From the NCBI GenBank assembly GCA_951406725.2, contig OX597821.1, forward strand, positions 96,472,001 to 96,536,000: 64,000 nt of DNA, read 5' to 3'. The notes beneath the pieces are model-generated. The model was not told where the DNA came from and ran no database searches. It was given only the letters and a program-made list of their open reading frames with translations. The translations under genes and the position numbers were made by a program. Each line of letters opens with the position of its first letter. Within the stretch, counting starts at the first letter, position 1. Source of the DNA: Octopus vulgaris. Its lineage: Eukaryota. This document shows, piece after piece, positions 11,798 to 25,474 of this stretch.

Positions 11798-12710
11798 AAT
11801 TTAAAAATTGGATAAAATCTTTATAAGAATGTATCAAGTAGTTAGCGTGGAAAATCTCATAAGGGAAAAAATTAATTATTTCCTTTAACTATATTTATAT
11901 ATATTAAGGGCATTACTATACATGAATGCCTCACACTAGGAGGGACTCTTAAAGTCAAAACTAACATAATAAACATATTGTACCGAACGCGAGGGAATGC
12001 AACTCTCGAAGCGAGCCTTTTAAAAACAGATTCAGCTGTAGATCATATCATTTCATAATTAGTTCACAAAATGCACTTTTAATCGTCAGTGCAAGCATAA
12101 TCATGACACATAAAAATGAACAAAAACATCAGCATGCCAGACGAATACGAAATGTATCCAGCAAAGTACACAGAATTGTTCACACTTATATATCTATGTA
12201 AGAGGCGAGTTTTTCGCAATGCATCTCGGTACACGTGTTTATTCAGAATAAAATTCAGCACTGAATATATTCCGGTTAAATTTACAATTTAAAAATAGGA
12301 TAAAATCTTTATAAGAATTTATCAAGTAGTTAGCGCGAAAACCCTCATAAGGGAAAAATTTATTAATTATTCCCTTTAAATATATTTATATTAAGAGTAT
12401 TACTATACATAAATACCTCACGCTAATAGCCAATTTGATACAACTGGAAGTCAGCTCTCTCTCTCCTCTTCAGGCAGTATTTGAAGCCGATTAAGACACG
12501 TGTTTTTTCGATCTGGTAGCAAGGAATTAACGTGGATGTATCTTTATAATACAGGAATGAATGCACAGTAAATAGAATGACGTCACAGCTCTTTTCCAAG
12601 GCCTAAGGCGTTCAAAAGCAATTAGCACAGATCGGGATGATAACTGTTCTTTTGAATGATAGAGTACCATTCTCCTTGTTTTTCTGGAAACTGGCTGCAC
12701 ACTGAACATC
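11798..12710 (-). mobile_element. Element with ~140-bp direct repeats, possibly Penelope-like pLTRs
   Basis: Direct repeats at 11798-11938 and 12286-12425. CTGAAGAGG lies on the minus strand at 12473-12465 just before the repeat, but there is no intact GAAA box. Confidence 0.45.
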
Positions 12711-12769
12711 TAGCGGTATACTGAGACACAGTAAAAGTTTAGAGAAGGCAAGACGACTTAGATATCAAG

Positions 12770-13154
12770 CAAGAATTTTACAACGGTCCGCATTCACTAT
12801 GACTGTATGCAACTGCAAATATCTTTGGCAACAAATCGAACAATCGACAAATTGGATCGGTCAGTGATCGTTGATTTGGAGCCCTCTTACACTCACCTGT
12901 TCGGTCCAGTAAGGGAAAGTCTTTGGAGACAAACATATGATGACAGAGAAAGTCCATGCATAATAATTTTCAAAGAGGATTTGAGATCTGGGTTCAACGA
13001 TAGCAAAAAGAAGCATCGCTTGTGAGAACATGCTGAACAACTCCTTTGTATACAGGAAGAGCTACTCTACCAACATGTGCAGTTTAAACAAATTATGCCT
13101 GTTAACAAAATGTTTTATGGCCAATTTTGCACTACTTTAGGTACCATCCTCGTA
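12770..13154 (+). mobile_element. Mariner transposase C-terminal remnant
   Basis: DLEPSYTHLFGPVRESL resembles DLAPSDxHLFGPLKxxL. The segment ends in TIR-like ...atcctcgTA. Confidence 0.7.
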
Positions 13155-13177
13155 TATATATATATATATATATATAT

Positions 13178-13484
13178 AGACAACCTATTCACAATATAAA
13201 ATAGTGTACATTTAAACGCAAGAGAAAACTACCTTTAACAGGTAGTTTTTACACGCTAGAAGAAGCAGTCAAAACGACCAAAACCACATTTGATAGCAAT
13301 TTTCGAAGGGAATGAAAAAACTTTTACATTGTTATTTTTTAACAAGGTAAAAGTTTTTATTTTTCATTCCCTTCGAAAATTGGTCGTTTTCACTGCTTCT
13401 TCTAGCGTGTAAAAATTACCTGTTAAATGTAGTTTTTCTCTTGTGTTTAAATGTACACTATTTTATATTGTGAATATGTTGTCT
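13178..13484. repeat. ~300-bp inverted repeat next to (TA)n
   Basis: agacaacctattcacaatataaaatagtgtacattt... pairs with ...aaatgtacactattttatattgtgaatatgttgtct, with one ~18-bp indel. Confidence 0.92.
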
Positions 13485-13548
13485 ATTGTCTACTTATACA
13501 TGCTAGACCACTGGTGCTGATATTTCTAAGAATATTCGCTACCCTATG

Positions 13549-13609
<61 letters not shown>

Positions 13610-14129
13610 CCCACAAGAATGTATCGTAGCTCTTCTCTCTGACATTTGAAGCTCCGAGTACTATAATGACAACTTTTACTATTCGTTCTAAATTATAACA
13701 TATATAAATTATCTTTTATTTCTCTGATATCGAGGTCTCATTCTTTCGTTGTTACCTTTTTGTCGTTACCTGTCATAAAAAGCCTTTTTTTTTATTTACA
13801 ATGTGCATTTTCGTTGATTTTTCATATTTTATCCTTACATTTCCTCGTGTATTTTATATTTTCTTTTTGTAACATATTTCTACTATATATACATATATAT
13901 ATATATACACACATATGAACACATACCTACATTTAGATATACATGCACATGCATAAATATAAACATACAAGAGAATTCGCATTTTGTTGGATTCAAGATT
14001 GTAATGAAAGATGTTAATACATAATGTTAATTCTTTGTATGGTTTGAGAAGTTTTACCATGTTTTCTGGAGCAGGTTACACGCACACACACACACTCACA
14101 CACTCTCACACACACATACATATATATAG

Positions 14130-14171
<42 letters not shown>

Positions 14172-14749
14172 GCACAGGTTTATACGAGTGATCTATGTGC
14201 GTCAGTCAGCCATTACATTAGGCGCGTTAAATAATTAAGTAGATCTAGAGAGCCAAGTAAATAAAGTAAATAGCTGAGTACTTACGTTTTATTGAGGACT
14301 TACATTTGCATTTTGTATTGGTAAAGAGATAAATAGAACAATTGCAGTACATTCAGACATACAAGCACACACGAACTCAAACACACACTCACCCACATAA
14401 ACACTCATACATTCATAGACACTTAAGTAAATACGCCCATCAGCAAGTAGAACATTCACAGGTAAATGCTTCGGAACTTGCAGTTCCACTACATTGATTA
14501 CAAGCTGACATTTATATCAATAATTAGTGATACCTATGGTCATGTTATAATAAATGCGTAAGCTACAATCGGGAAAATCTAAGATTTTTGGGCATAATAA
14601 AACAAACGAAACCGGGTAACAGGCACTTTACAGATACAATCTGTAAGTGTAGCAGTAAAAACCATGTAAAACTTTTCTAATGTTCAACATACAGCCTTTA
14701 CTTTGATGTTATCAGTATTCCAGCAAAGTAAGTAAAACCCAACTTAAGA

Positions 14750-14966
14750 TGGTGAGCTGGCAGAATCGTTACTGCGCCGTGCAAAACGCTTAGCGGCATT
14801 TCGTCCGTCTGTACGTTCTGAGTTCAAATTCCGCCGAAGTCAACTTTGAGCCTTTCATCCCCTCGGGTCAATAAAGCAAGCACCAGCTGGACACTGGAGT
14901 TGATGTAATTAACTTGACTCCATTCCTTAAGTTTACAGGTCTTGTTCCAAAATTTAAATCCAATAT
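14750..14966 (+). mobile_element. SINE family D
   Basis: ggtgagctggcagaatcgtta head, gagttcaaattcc B-box-like motif and cctttcatcc core. Confidence 0.85.
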
Positions 14967-14985
14967 TAGAAACCAACTGAAGATA

Positions 14986-15081
14986 GACGCAGGAGTGGCT
15001 GTGTGGTAAGTAGCTTGCTAACCAACCACATGGTTCCGGGTTCAGTCCCACTGCGTGGCATCTTGGGCAAGTGTCTTCATA

Positions 15082-15112
<31 letters not shown>

Positions 15113-15325
15113 GCGTGTGTGTGTTTGTGTGTCTGTGTTTGTCCCCCTAGTATTGCTTGACAACCGATGCTGGTGTGTTTACGTCCCCGTAACTTAGCGG
15201 TTCAGCAAAAGAAACCGATAGAATAAGTACTGGGCTTACAAAGAATATGTCCCGGGGTCGATTTGCTCGACTAAAGGCGGTGCTCCAGCATGGCCGCAGT
15301 CAAATGACTGAAACAAGTTAAAACT
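14986..15325 (+). mobile_element. SINE family C (internal microsatellite)
   Basis: tRNA-like head (ggttcagtccc), internal (TA)n(TG)n, 3' stem-loop cagtc-aaat-gactg, and 11-bp TSD aactgaagata (14975-14985, 15326-15336). Confidence 0.9.
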
Positions 15326-16072
15326 AACTGAAGATAAGGAACTGGCAGAATAGAATAAAATAGAATAAAAAGTTTGCAAATCTAGTACCCAAGGTACACC
15401 GATACCCCTTCAGCTTTGTACTCATTGTTATTGAGCAACAGGTTACATACCAACCCGTCTGGAGTAAAGCATGGCTGAACTTGGGATCTTGGTGAGAGAA
15501 TGCGAATCCTCAATTCATATTCTACAAATGTATGCAAAAGTCTGCAAGACATTCTTCACATTTAGAAGACGGTGGTTAAGACAAGATACCTTCCTTTACA
15601 ACTTTGCTACCAAGTAGGAGACCAGTCAAAATTTACTCTAAATCAAAGTAATAGAGAATATATGCAAGCATTCATACTAATGTACGTACATACATACATT
15701 CATACATACATACATACATACATACATACATACATACATACATACATACATACATACATACATACATACATACATACATACATACATACAGATTGACAAA
15801 TACAAAGCTATCTAGAGAAAGTATGAAAGAAAAGCTAAGAAATAAACGAAAACACATCGAGACTGATGAATGGAAAAATATATTGGTGAATCCTACGAAT
15901 AAAATCCACAATCTAATTAAAACACAACCGATATGAAATTGCTTTTTCCGACTACAATACAAAAACGCTCATCGTTATGGAAGTCAGCTGTTCACATGAC
16001 GTCAATGTGGTACGAAAAATTCAGGAAAACGAAAACAACTACGGACTATCGTTAAAGAGCCTACAATGCCAC

Positions 16073-16259
16073 TTACCATTTTACACTCTCAGTTTTATTG
16101 TTATTTGTGGAGTGACGGGACATGTAGCCTCACACCTAGATCCAAGTATGTCAGAAGCTGGTTACAGGGAGCAAAAAGAGAGAACCATAGTTGTTAGCAA
16201 ATAGGACGATGATAACATCTGGGACTATGTAAATCTTCAGGATCTTCTTCCAATTTAAA
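16073..16259 (+). repeat. 187-bp dispersed duplication, copy 1
   Basis: Matches 32548-32734 with 2 substitutions. Confidence 0.95.
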
Positions 16260-16419
16260 GGATGAATGCTTGCACTAAGGATGACGAATAGAGCACCTAG
16301 AATTGTATATATCTTTTAAAGTAAATGCCTACTCAAAATAATTTCTAAAAGAACGATCAGGAATAGAAAAAGTAGATACCCACACATGTCTATCTGTCTG
16401 CCTGTCTATCTATCTATCC

Positions 16420-16549
<130 letters not shown>

Positions 16550-17043
16550 GTCTATTTATATATACATACATACATACATACATTCGACAACATAAGATCT
16601 GTTGAAAAGCATTCCAAATATTCTAAGTTTGAGTTTCCTGAATGAACATAAATATATATACACTCACAATGTATGTATATGGCATACACACACACACACA
16701 CACACATACATAACACACTGCACATTACACACACGTATACTATAGAAAAAAGGAAAGGCCATTATACGAATGAATGAATATATATCTTCATATATACCGA
16801 CATACATTCATACAATAACTCATTCATATATCTAACAATTCCTGGAACTATCTTGACCTTTTTTGTCACCTTATCATGACTGGCTCGAATTGTAAGAACT
16901 TAAATAAATCTTAAACACACACACACACCAATACATACATACATATACACATACAAACATACATACATACATACATATACACATACAAACATACATACAT
17001 GCATGCATGCATGCATGCATACATACATACATACATACATACA

Positions 17044-17077
<34 letters not shown>

Positions 17078-17949
17078 CATACAAACCAGTAAGGAGAAAG
17101 CTGATTCAAAGACTACAGATCCAAATCATCACTAGAACTGTAAAATTCTGTAAAACGTTCCAGAAGTCTATCATTTAGATATATATGTGTAGACATACAA
17201 CTATATGCATGAGAATATATACAAAAAAGCCATACAAATCTGCACATACACTGACTCCATATACTGCACATATACATACGTACAAAAATACCCTGTTTCA
17301 ATGAAGTCGTCTTCGATCTAAGTTAGAAACTGGCTCTTTCTCTATTGGCAAGAAATATTTAATAAAACTGAATAAAGACGCACATACATACATACATACA
17401 TACATACATACATACATACATACATACATACATACATACATACATACATAGTTTGATATTGGAGCAATATTTAACCTTCTTCTGAACATCACTCATATGT
17501 ATATTTAACAGAACAATAAAAAGCCAAACTTACATTCAGAATTCTCTCATTATAACACGAACAGATGTTTTAACCATTAATATAAACGCTGATTTGCAGA
17601 ACATTATAGATCTACCAAAGCTTTATATGAGCTGTCTCAAATAATTCCTCTAACATCATTTCAAGTCAAGCAAGGTCGTGACTGATTAGCAGATAAGTGG
17701 GAAGAACAAAGTTTTTAGGGTGTACCGAACATCTTTTAATTAATAGAGCATTGCTGCTGAAGTAAAAAAGAAAAAAACCCACAATAGCCTTGTGAGAGTA
17801 TGGTTCATTACAGACAATTGATCGACTATATTCTTTATTCATGGCAGCTGGTATTACTGTATTTGACAAAAATATCTATACCCTTAGTTGAACCCATAGA
17901 AAGGCCTACAACTACCAGGTGAGTCATTCACATTCTTGTAAAATAATTC

Positions 17950-18563
17950 ACAGTGTTTGTTTCTGACGCTTTAAATTTCAAGAAAAGAATATCCCGGTGA
18001 GATATTTAATCTGTGCCTCAGTTCATGTAATGTAACCATTCTAATGGTTACATTCCAGGATCTACAGTAGCATGAAACGCTAATGTAACCCGTAATTTGT
18101 CCGTCGGTAATCTAAAAATCCTTACTGGAAATATCTATAACTTTGGAAAACAATTGGAAATATTGCATAATTTAATCTGATATAACAATAGAATTTAGTC
18201 AAATGAAATATCCGCCTTTAATAGATAAACACGGGTAAAGTCTTAACGTCTGTGATCTCCAGAATGGGTACTTCAATTATATAAACTATTGATACAATTT
18301 GTTAAAACAGCACTGTCTAGTAAACCAGACTTAAAAACACAAAAATTTAAGTCAAATCTTTCCTGTATTTGAAGTATTAGAATTAATACTAACATCTGAG
18401 ACACGTGACGAAAACTCCATTCCACCGACATCAAAACTTACATTTTCCTGACATCAGATAGATATTTCCGCAGAAATATTGCTACCTGCAGCAGAAAGGA
18501 TGTGGAAGAGACTTAACAGGAATATATAAAGTCTTTGTTTTATTGTATGGCTCAGACAGCAAG

Positions 18564-18639
<76 letters not shown>

Positions 18640-19400
18640 TAACCAAATGTTCAAAAGTCAAGGAAACAACTTTCAGGTCGGCAGTTTTAGTACTCAGTTC
18701 TGATGAACCCACATCAATAAAGGCCTGTTGATGATGAATTTTGTACACCAACAAAGGGTTAAGCGCAGATATGTTTTTCACAATTTCAGATGAAATAACG
18801 AAAAGAAGTGTAGTTTCTATTAGGCTTTTTGCCCATACATCATCACATTTCGAAAGTTAACCTTTTGCAATCTACGAACAAGAGATAGTTATTACTAAAT
18901 ACATGCTTAACAAAAAGAACCAGAGAAATACACAAACACACAATGTGCAATTGTAAATGTAGATGATTAAGTTGCATATCTATGGAAGATAATATATATC
19001 ATGGTCCTACAGTTTATGCTGCATAGTGTTTCTACTCAAATCATATATAATGCCATATGTGCGAAATAATACACTGACACGAATATGAAGACAACATTAT
19101 TTATAGCTTTCAGTGTAATCTCATAAATTCCAACACGAAGAATATTGGTGAATATTCCTACCAAATCCTCTGTCAAGTGCAAATATGACAAGCCTTTATA
19201 TAATTATTTGTGACAGAAAAGAATTATGGACAGTAATTGAAATCAGCTGCTCTGCTGATATAAACATTTCTTTCAATATCAGTGAGCAAGAGAATATTCA
19301 CACACCACTGCTCTGAACTTTTCTACACATGAAAAATTTACATGTGTACCTATAACAATTGATACACTTGATAATATTGATAAATGGTTTCGTAACAATA
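17950..19400 (-). pseudogene. Tandem PKD-domain repeat remnants (cluster 1)
   Basis: GTHVNFS 19350-19330. ISITVHNS. HQYSS + 1-nt frameshift + VGIYEITLKAINNV 19150-19093 (cf. HxYxxxGxYxVxLxAxNxVS). AAGSNISAEI ~18493-18464. YIIEVPILEI. AFHATVDPG ~18080-18054. Confidence 0.6.
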
Positions 19401-19629
19401 TCGCAAAGTAGATGTTTATAGACTATCTAACATGCAGTTCAGTTTGTAAACAGAGCAATAAAGATATGCGAATTAAAAAATATATATATATATTTGTAAT
19501 TTTTTGCATTTGTTGTCTGTAAATATCAAGTTATGGGACTAATGTGTTCTTTTTTCTGTAAGAAACAGACTTCATTACGTGAAAAATTTTAAGAACTAAA
19601 ATATATATATAACGTCATAGATACACACA

Positions 19630-19675
<46 letters not shown>

Positions 19676-19887
19676 AACGTATGTATTCATACGAATACGT
19701 TTATGTGTCTTTGTGCGTTTACGCGTCTTCGTCTGTGTGTGTATGGGTGTATACGTTGATTGCTGTGACGAATGAGAGAAAAGTACTCAATACACGGTGG
19801 CTCAGTTACTTTATGTTAAAGATTGATTGCGTTTTTGAAATTTGAACAAACGGCAGAAGCTATTAGATGAATGTATTTATCCTTTAC

Positions 19888-20115
19888 CGTTTATTTGTTT
19901 CAGTCGTTAGACTTCGGCCATACTGGGGGACCTCCTTGAAAAGTTTAGTCGAAAAATCGACCCCAGTGCCTAATTGTATAAGCTTAGTACTTATTCTATC
20001 GTTGTCTTTTTACCGAATCGCTAAGTTACGGAGACAGAAACCAGTACCGGTTGTCAAACGTTAGTGGACACACGCACACCAACACATACACACACACTGA
20101 CACACACACACACTA

Positions 20116-20181
<66 letters not shown>

Positions 20182-20203
20182 GACGGGCTTCTTTCAGTTT
20201 TTC
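19888..20203 (-). mobile_element. SINE family C, degenerate and 5'-truncated
   Basis: Reverse complement of the family C tail, an internal (CA)n and cgacgggcttctttcagttt. Confidence 0.7.
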
Positions 20204-20978
20204 TCCCTTGAAAGACTGAACGGCGATCTAGACCTCGGAAGAATTTGTAAAGAGAACAGAAAAATATATAACTAAATAGCGCAAAACCTTTTGCTTGTTG
20301 CTCAACCAATTCTGATAAGCCACACCCCTCCTTGTGATTTATCACTAAATAACCGTAGTCTTGTTTCCAATCTTCAAGGTTATTTATGGTTTCCATTTTA
20401 TTATCTTTATTATTATTATTATTACTATTATTATTGTTGTTGTTGTTATTATCATCATCATCATCATCATCATCATCGTCATCATTGTTGTTGCTGTTAT
20501 TGTCGTCGTTGTCGTACATTTATATACTGTTTTTTTTCTTCTTCATATCTATTTATTTCAAAATTTATTCTGTGAAGACACTCCCCGTTGGTGTAATTTT
20601 TACTGTTCATATCTCCTCAATTATCGCCCCTCATTATTACTCTCGATGTGTCGTTGCTGGCGCTGTTGCTATAATGCCCATTGTCTCGAGTTAATTAAAA
20701 TTTAGTGTCAGTTTAATGGATTTGTTGCAGTTTTTGTTAATACTGCTGTTCTAGTCATCGTGGTTGTTGACTTTGTTGTTGCAGTTGTTATTTATCGTCA
20801 TGGCTGCAGCTGTTCTTCGTGGTTCTGCTGCACCTATACTGCCTGTTTTTGTTGGGATTTTTAGTGTTGTTGTCTTAATAACTTTTGCTGGAACCCTGCT
20901 AATATTGTTATTGTTGATGTTTACTTTCTTGTTTCTTCTGCTGTTGTCATTGTTGATATTTTTACCGTAATTGTTACA

Positions 20979-22052
20979 TTAGTTCATCCCATAAATTCTG
21001 TCCGATTTTACCTTTTTTAAAATTCAATGAAATTTAATAATATTTTAGAAAGTCTAATGGAATTTAAAATTACTTTTATGCAGTTGTGTACATTTAAAGT
21101 AATTAAATATTATCTTACAGAATAACAGTATTAAAAATTCTTTGATTAAAATCCTTTCTAACATGGAAGTATCCAAAGAGCATTTGAAACACATAATGTT
21201 TTATGAGTACAAAAAAGGAAACTCTGCAGCCGAAGCGACTCGAAACATACACTCAGTTTATGGGAAAGAATGCTTGAATTAAAGAAATTGCAGAAGACAG
21301 TTTGCAAAATTCAGAAGTGGAGGTTTCAACCTTGAAGATGAAGATCGAACAGGACGTCCTGTTGAGTTTGATGATAAGCTCCTTGAGGCATTACTTGAAG
21401 AAAATCCTGCATTATCAGTTGAAGAATTAGCAATAAAGCTTAGTTCAAATCATACAACTGTTCATCATCATCTTCAACAACTTGGAAAGATTCCTAAACT
21501 TGGAAAATGAGTGCCTCGTGAATTGTCCGAAAGCAACCGCAAATCCCGAGTTGACATCTGCTCTTCTTTCCATTCTCGTGAACTCATTTCACCCTTTTTG
21601 GATAGACTTGTGACTGGTGACGAAAAATGGATCTTCTATCGAAATTTTAAACGTCGTAAACAGTGGCTTGGTAAAAAGGAAAAGGCTCAACCACAACCGA
21701 GAAGGGAACTTTATGGGAAAAAGGTTCTTCTCTCTATCTGGTGGGATTGCAAAGGAGTAATTCACTTTGAATTGTTACCACCGAATGCAACAATCAATAC
21801 TCAAGTCTACTGTCAGCAATTAGAGCGTTTGAACCAAGCTTTGAAGAAAAAAAGACCCGATTCATTGAATCGGGAAGGAGTGATGTTTCAGCAGGACAAT
21901 GCGCGCACCCACATTACAACGATCACATCACAGAAGATCGAAGAGCTTGGTTGGGAAAAAAGTACATTGATGATTAAATTTCAATTAAATATAACATTTG
22001 ATCACTTGTTTTCTTTATTCAAAATTTGGACAGTACTTATGGGATGACCTGA
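20979..22052 (+). mobile_element. Mariner (Tc1/mariner) transposon, internally deleted and non-functional
   Basis: ~30-bp imperfect TIRs (ttagttcatcccataaattctgtccg / ggacagtacttatgggatgacctga) with TA at 22053. Transposase frame runs from ATG 21163 with stops at 21280 and 21508. Motifs *VPREL, TGDEKW and QDNARTH are present; the YSPDLAP motif and third Asp are deleted after ~21960. Confidence 0.95.
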
Positions 22053-22379
22053 TAGTTGTGGTTTTTATTTTAACTTAAAGCTGGTCTAAATATAACCAAA
22101 CGTAAAGAATTTGCTGTTATTATTATTCTTGCTGGTCTATGGTCAAAGAGGTTTCCGTCGTGAACATACCAGTTTTTTTTTCAAATCATTTTATATAAGG
22201 ATACATTGTCTAATGTGTCCTTCCTTCTGTTAAAGATCGCATGGTGCAATTCGTAGTAAATTTTGATATTTTGTAGCGTTCTATGGTAGTTCAGTCGCTG
22301 GTTGCTGTTATAGCTATAGCCATTTTTAACGGCTTCCAAAAGCGAAGGAACTGTGATGAATGTTTTTGGTAGGCCTTCC

Positions 22380-23060
22380 CTGATACAGTTGATGTTCATC
22401 TTGAGTGTTGCTACGTTGACGACTGCAAAGAAAATATGTATGGAAAGGAAATCCCTGAAGTTGGTGCAGATTGATGCTGAGGGAGAAATGATTTAGCATA
22501 TTGGTGCGTGCAGGAGTCTGGGGGAGTAACAGAATAGAGGTGAAGTTAGCAGAAAAGACAACAAGGTCGGCAGTTTGGCTTAGCTAGATATGGCATTCTT
22601 AAGAGCAAGGACCACTGTGGTATGAAAGTCTGAGAGACGAGACAGTACGTTTTTGTGCTAGATGTTGAAGTGGGTTGCTGAGCCAGTCCTTCGCTAACAG
22701 CTCTATGACTTTCTTTTGAATGCAGTGTAGAATGGCTATGTGTATAAAATCAGCATTGTGTTATGTAGTAGCAACACTTCATGTAGTTCGCATTTGTGCT
22801 TTAAAACGAATCTGCAGTGCAGCTTTTTGTAATTAGAATTGATTTGATTCTGATACTTAAGTGTAAGACCAGTGTCGCCATAGAATTTGTTTGGTCCTTA
22901 AGTGTAGAAGTAGCTTTTGGGATCCAGTCTCCTTCTGTTTCTTAAGAGTAAGGGCTGCCTTTGGAATGCCGTTCATTTTTTCTTTCTTTTTCAGCCAGTC
23001 TTTCGAATACAGTTTTTGCTCGGCTCACTGTTATAGATTAGGAGCGAATCATCTGAGAGT
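22380..23060 (-). mobile_element. Degenerate LINE RT C-terminal fragment (L2/CR1/Jockey group)
   Basis: Minus strand gives LHCIQKKVIEL, LQHLAQKRTVSSL and QYAKSFLP, typical of this region. Confidence 0.65.
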
Positions 23061-23750
23061 TTCAGTTACGAGATATTCAAGATTAGAGTAGGTAAATTAT
23101 AATTATGCTTTAATAATAATTGTTGTAGTCACTGTAATTTTAGAAGTAATAATGATAGTAGAAATATTTGATGTAGTTGTAGCGGTTACTATAATTGCGG
23201 TAGTTATAGTTATTGCTCTAGATCGAGAACTTGTAATTGTTGCTACTACTACTATTTGTCATAGTAGCAGTTATTATTGGAGTTGTGGTAGTTCTAGAGG
23301 TGTTTGTGGTGGTTACAATAGTAGTAGTAGTAGTAGTAGTAGTAGGAGGAGGAGGAGGAGGAGGAGGAGTAGTAGCGGCAGCAGCAGAAACTGATGCTGT
23401 GGTAGTGCAGTGCTTATTGTTATAAGTTTTGTAATCATTGTATTTGTGGTGTTAGTGTTTGTTGTTGTAAATCTAATTCTTGGTAGCTGTTTTTGGCGGA
23501 TCCTTTTCAGATTTCTCTAAAGAAATCTGTCAGCGTTTCCTTCACCATACCATTTTTCTATTCTTTATAACACCATCATCCCCATCATCATCACCATCTA
23601 TTTCTATTCTTTATAACATCATCATCACCATTGTCGTTGTCGTCCTTGCCGTCGCCATCATTGTCGCCGTCGTTGTCATCATCATCATCATCATCATCAT
23701 TATCATCATCATTGTTATTATCAACCCCTTATAATCATCACCATCACCAC

Positions 23751-23799
<49 letters not shown>

Positions 23800-24374
23800 T
23801 TTGTTATTATCAACCCCTTATAATTATCGTCATCATCATCATCATCATTGTCGTTGTTAGTGCAATCATCATCTTCTGTATCTTCACTTCTGTCAGCGTC
23901 ACAATCAATTGTGTCAAATTCAATCATTTATCGATTTATTTTATATCTGCCTTATCATCGTAATTGCATTTCACACTGACCATCAACGTCAACGTCGTTA
24001 TCAACCGCATCATACCCATCACTAACCAAACACCACCAGCACCACCGCAACCACCACCAGCTGTGACTATTTCATCACAATCATCATCATCAACAACGGC
24101 AACAACTACACAAAACAATGAAGAAGCCTTTACGTAGTCGCTTCATTTAATAGAAGTAGCAGTCAAATATCCCTCAGACTTTTGAGATGAAGCTCAATTA
24201 CCACCATTGTCACGGCCACTTTTACTTCAAATTACGACAATCATCCCATAGACCCAACCATTACTTTCATAAGATTTTTCTCCGGTTAAAATTTAATATT
24301 AATCACCTTCTAGGGTCTAAATAGGTATTAGACTTTGAGTTAGTAGAAACTTACCTAGACTGCAAGAATAGAGG

Positions 24375-24610
24375 TTTCTAATTTAGGTGCAAGAACAGCA
24401 GTTTTCTAGTGAAGGGGTCAATCGGTACAATAGACTCTAGTGTGCTGCCCTATTTATCGACCCTCTAGACTGGTATCCTATTTTAATAACCACAAAAGGA
24501 TGAAAGCCAAAGTCGACCTAGGAGAGGTTTGAACTCAGGACGTGAAGAAGTGGAATAAATACCGCAAAGCATTTTGTCTGTCACTCTGACAATTCTTCCA
24601 GCTCACCGCT
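24375..24610 (-). mobile_element. SINE family D, degenerate
   Basis: aaaggatgaaagccaaagtcgacc ... tttgaactcag ... ccagctcacc. Confidence 0.7.
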
Positions 24611-25071
24611 TTCAAGAATGTGATAATACGAAAATTAGTTGTAATATAGATACAAGGGCATAAATTTGGCAATGAGTGGGGTTAACCATTGAAATCAACT
24701 ACAGTAGTGCTCTGCTAATTTATTTAACCAACTTCGGAACTAAAACTGCTCGGACAAATACCACAGTGAATTTTGTCTAACGTTCTAACGATTCGGTCAG
24801 TCTACCGTTATCATTTTTGCTTCTCACAAAACCAAAAATCTTGAAATTTTGTGGGAAGGAATGAGTCAATTTAATCCAACGAAATAATCGACTGGTTCGT
24901 TATTTTATTGACTCTGAAAAGTCAAAAGGCAAAGTTGAGCTCGGTGGGATTTGAAAACAGATAGTAAAGAAACGAAGGACGTCATGCAAGACAATTTGTC
25001 TGACACTCTAACCACTCTGCCAATCAATAAAGTCAATAACAACAACAGCAACAACAATAATAATAATAATT

Positions 25072-25372
25072 CTTTGGGGTTTGAATAATTCACCTCTGGA
25101 AACATGGGTGTTTCGTTCAACATCCTTAAACAACCCTTATTCAGGGACCTTTTGAACGGGATGGGTTACTCGACCAGAAGAAAATTCTCACTGGGCCCCA
25201 CCTACAAGGTCATGCGCTGTTTATCTTGATATGAGATCACCATGTCGCGCACATATGGCTGTGATGCATGTGCCTAGTGTACCCTTATCAGACGGGTAGT
25301 CATGATGGGTATACTGGGTTCCGTATATTTTACCCCAGTGTCACTTTGATGGCATGCACTACTCTCTCACTC
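25072..25372 (+). mobile_element. ~300-bp element flanked on both sides by (TAA)n, possibly a LINE 3' end
   Basis: A non-repetitive, higher-GC block with sharp boundaries inside (AAT)n. Confidence 0.5.
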
Positions 25373-25418
<46 letters not shown>

Positions 25419-25474
25419 GAGAGAGAGAGACTAATAATGACAAGATTGTATGAGATTCCCCCATCAAAAATGAA

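Noticed and set aside
21511-22047. Functional transposase or SETMAR-like gene
   Set aside because: Upstream in-frame stops, missing YSPDL/third Asp, no SET domain, and bounded by TIRs.
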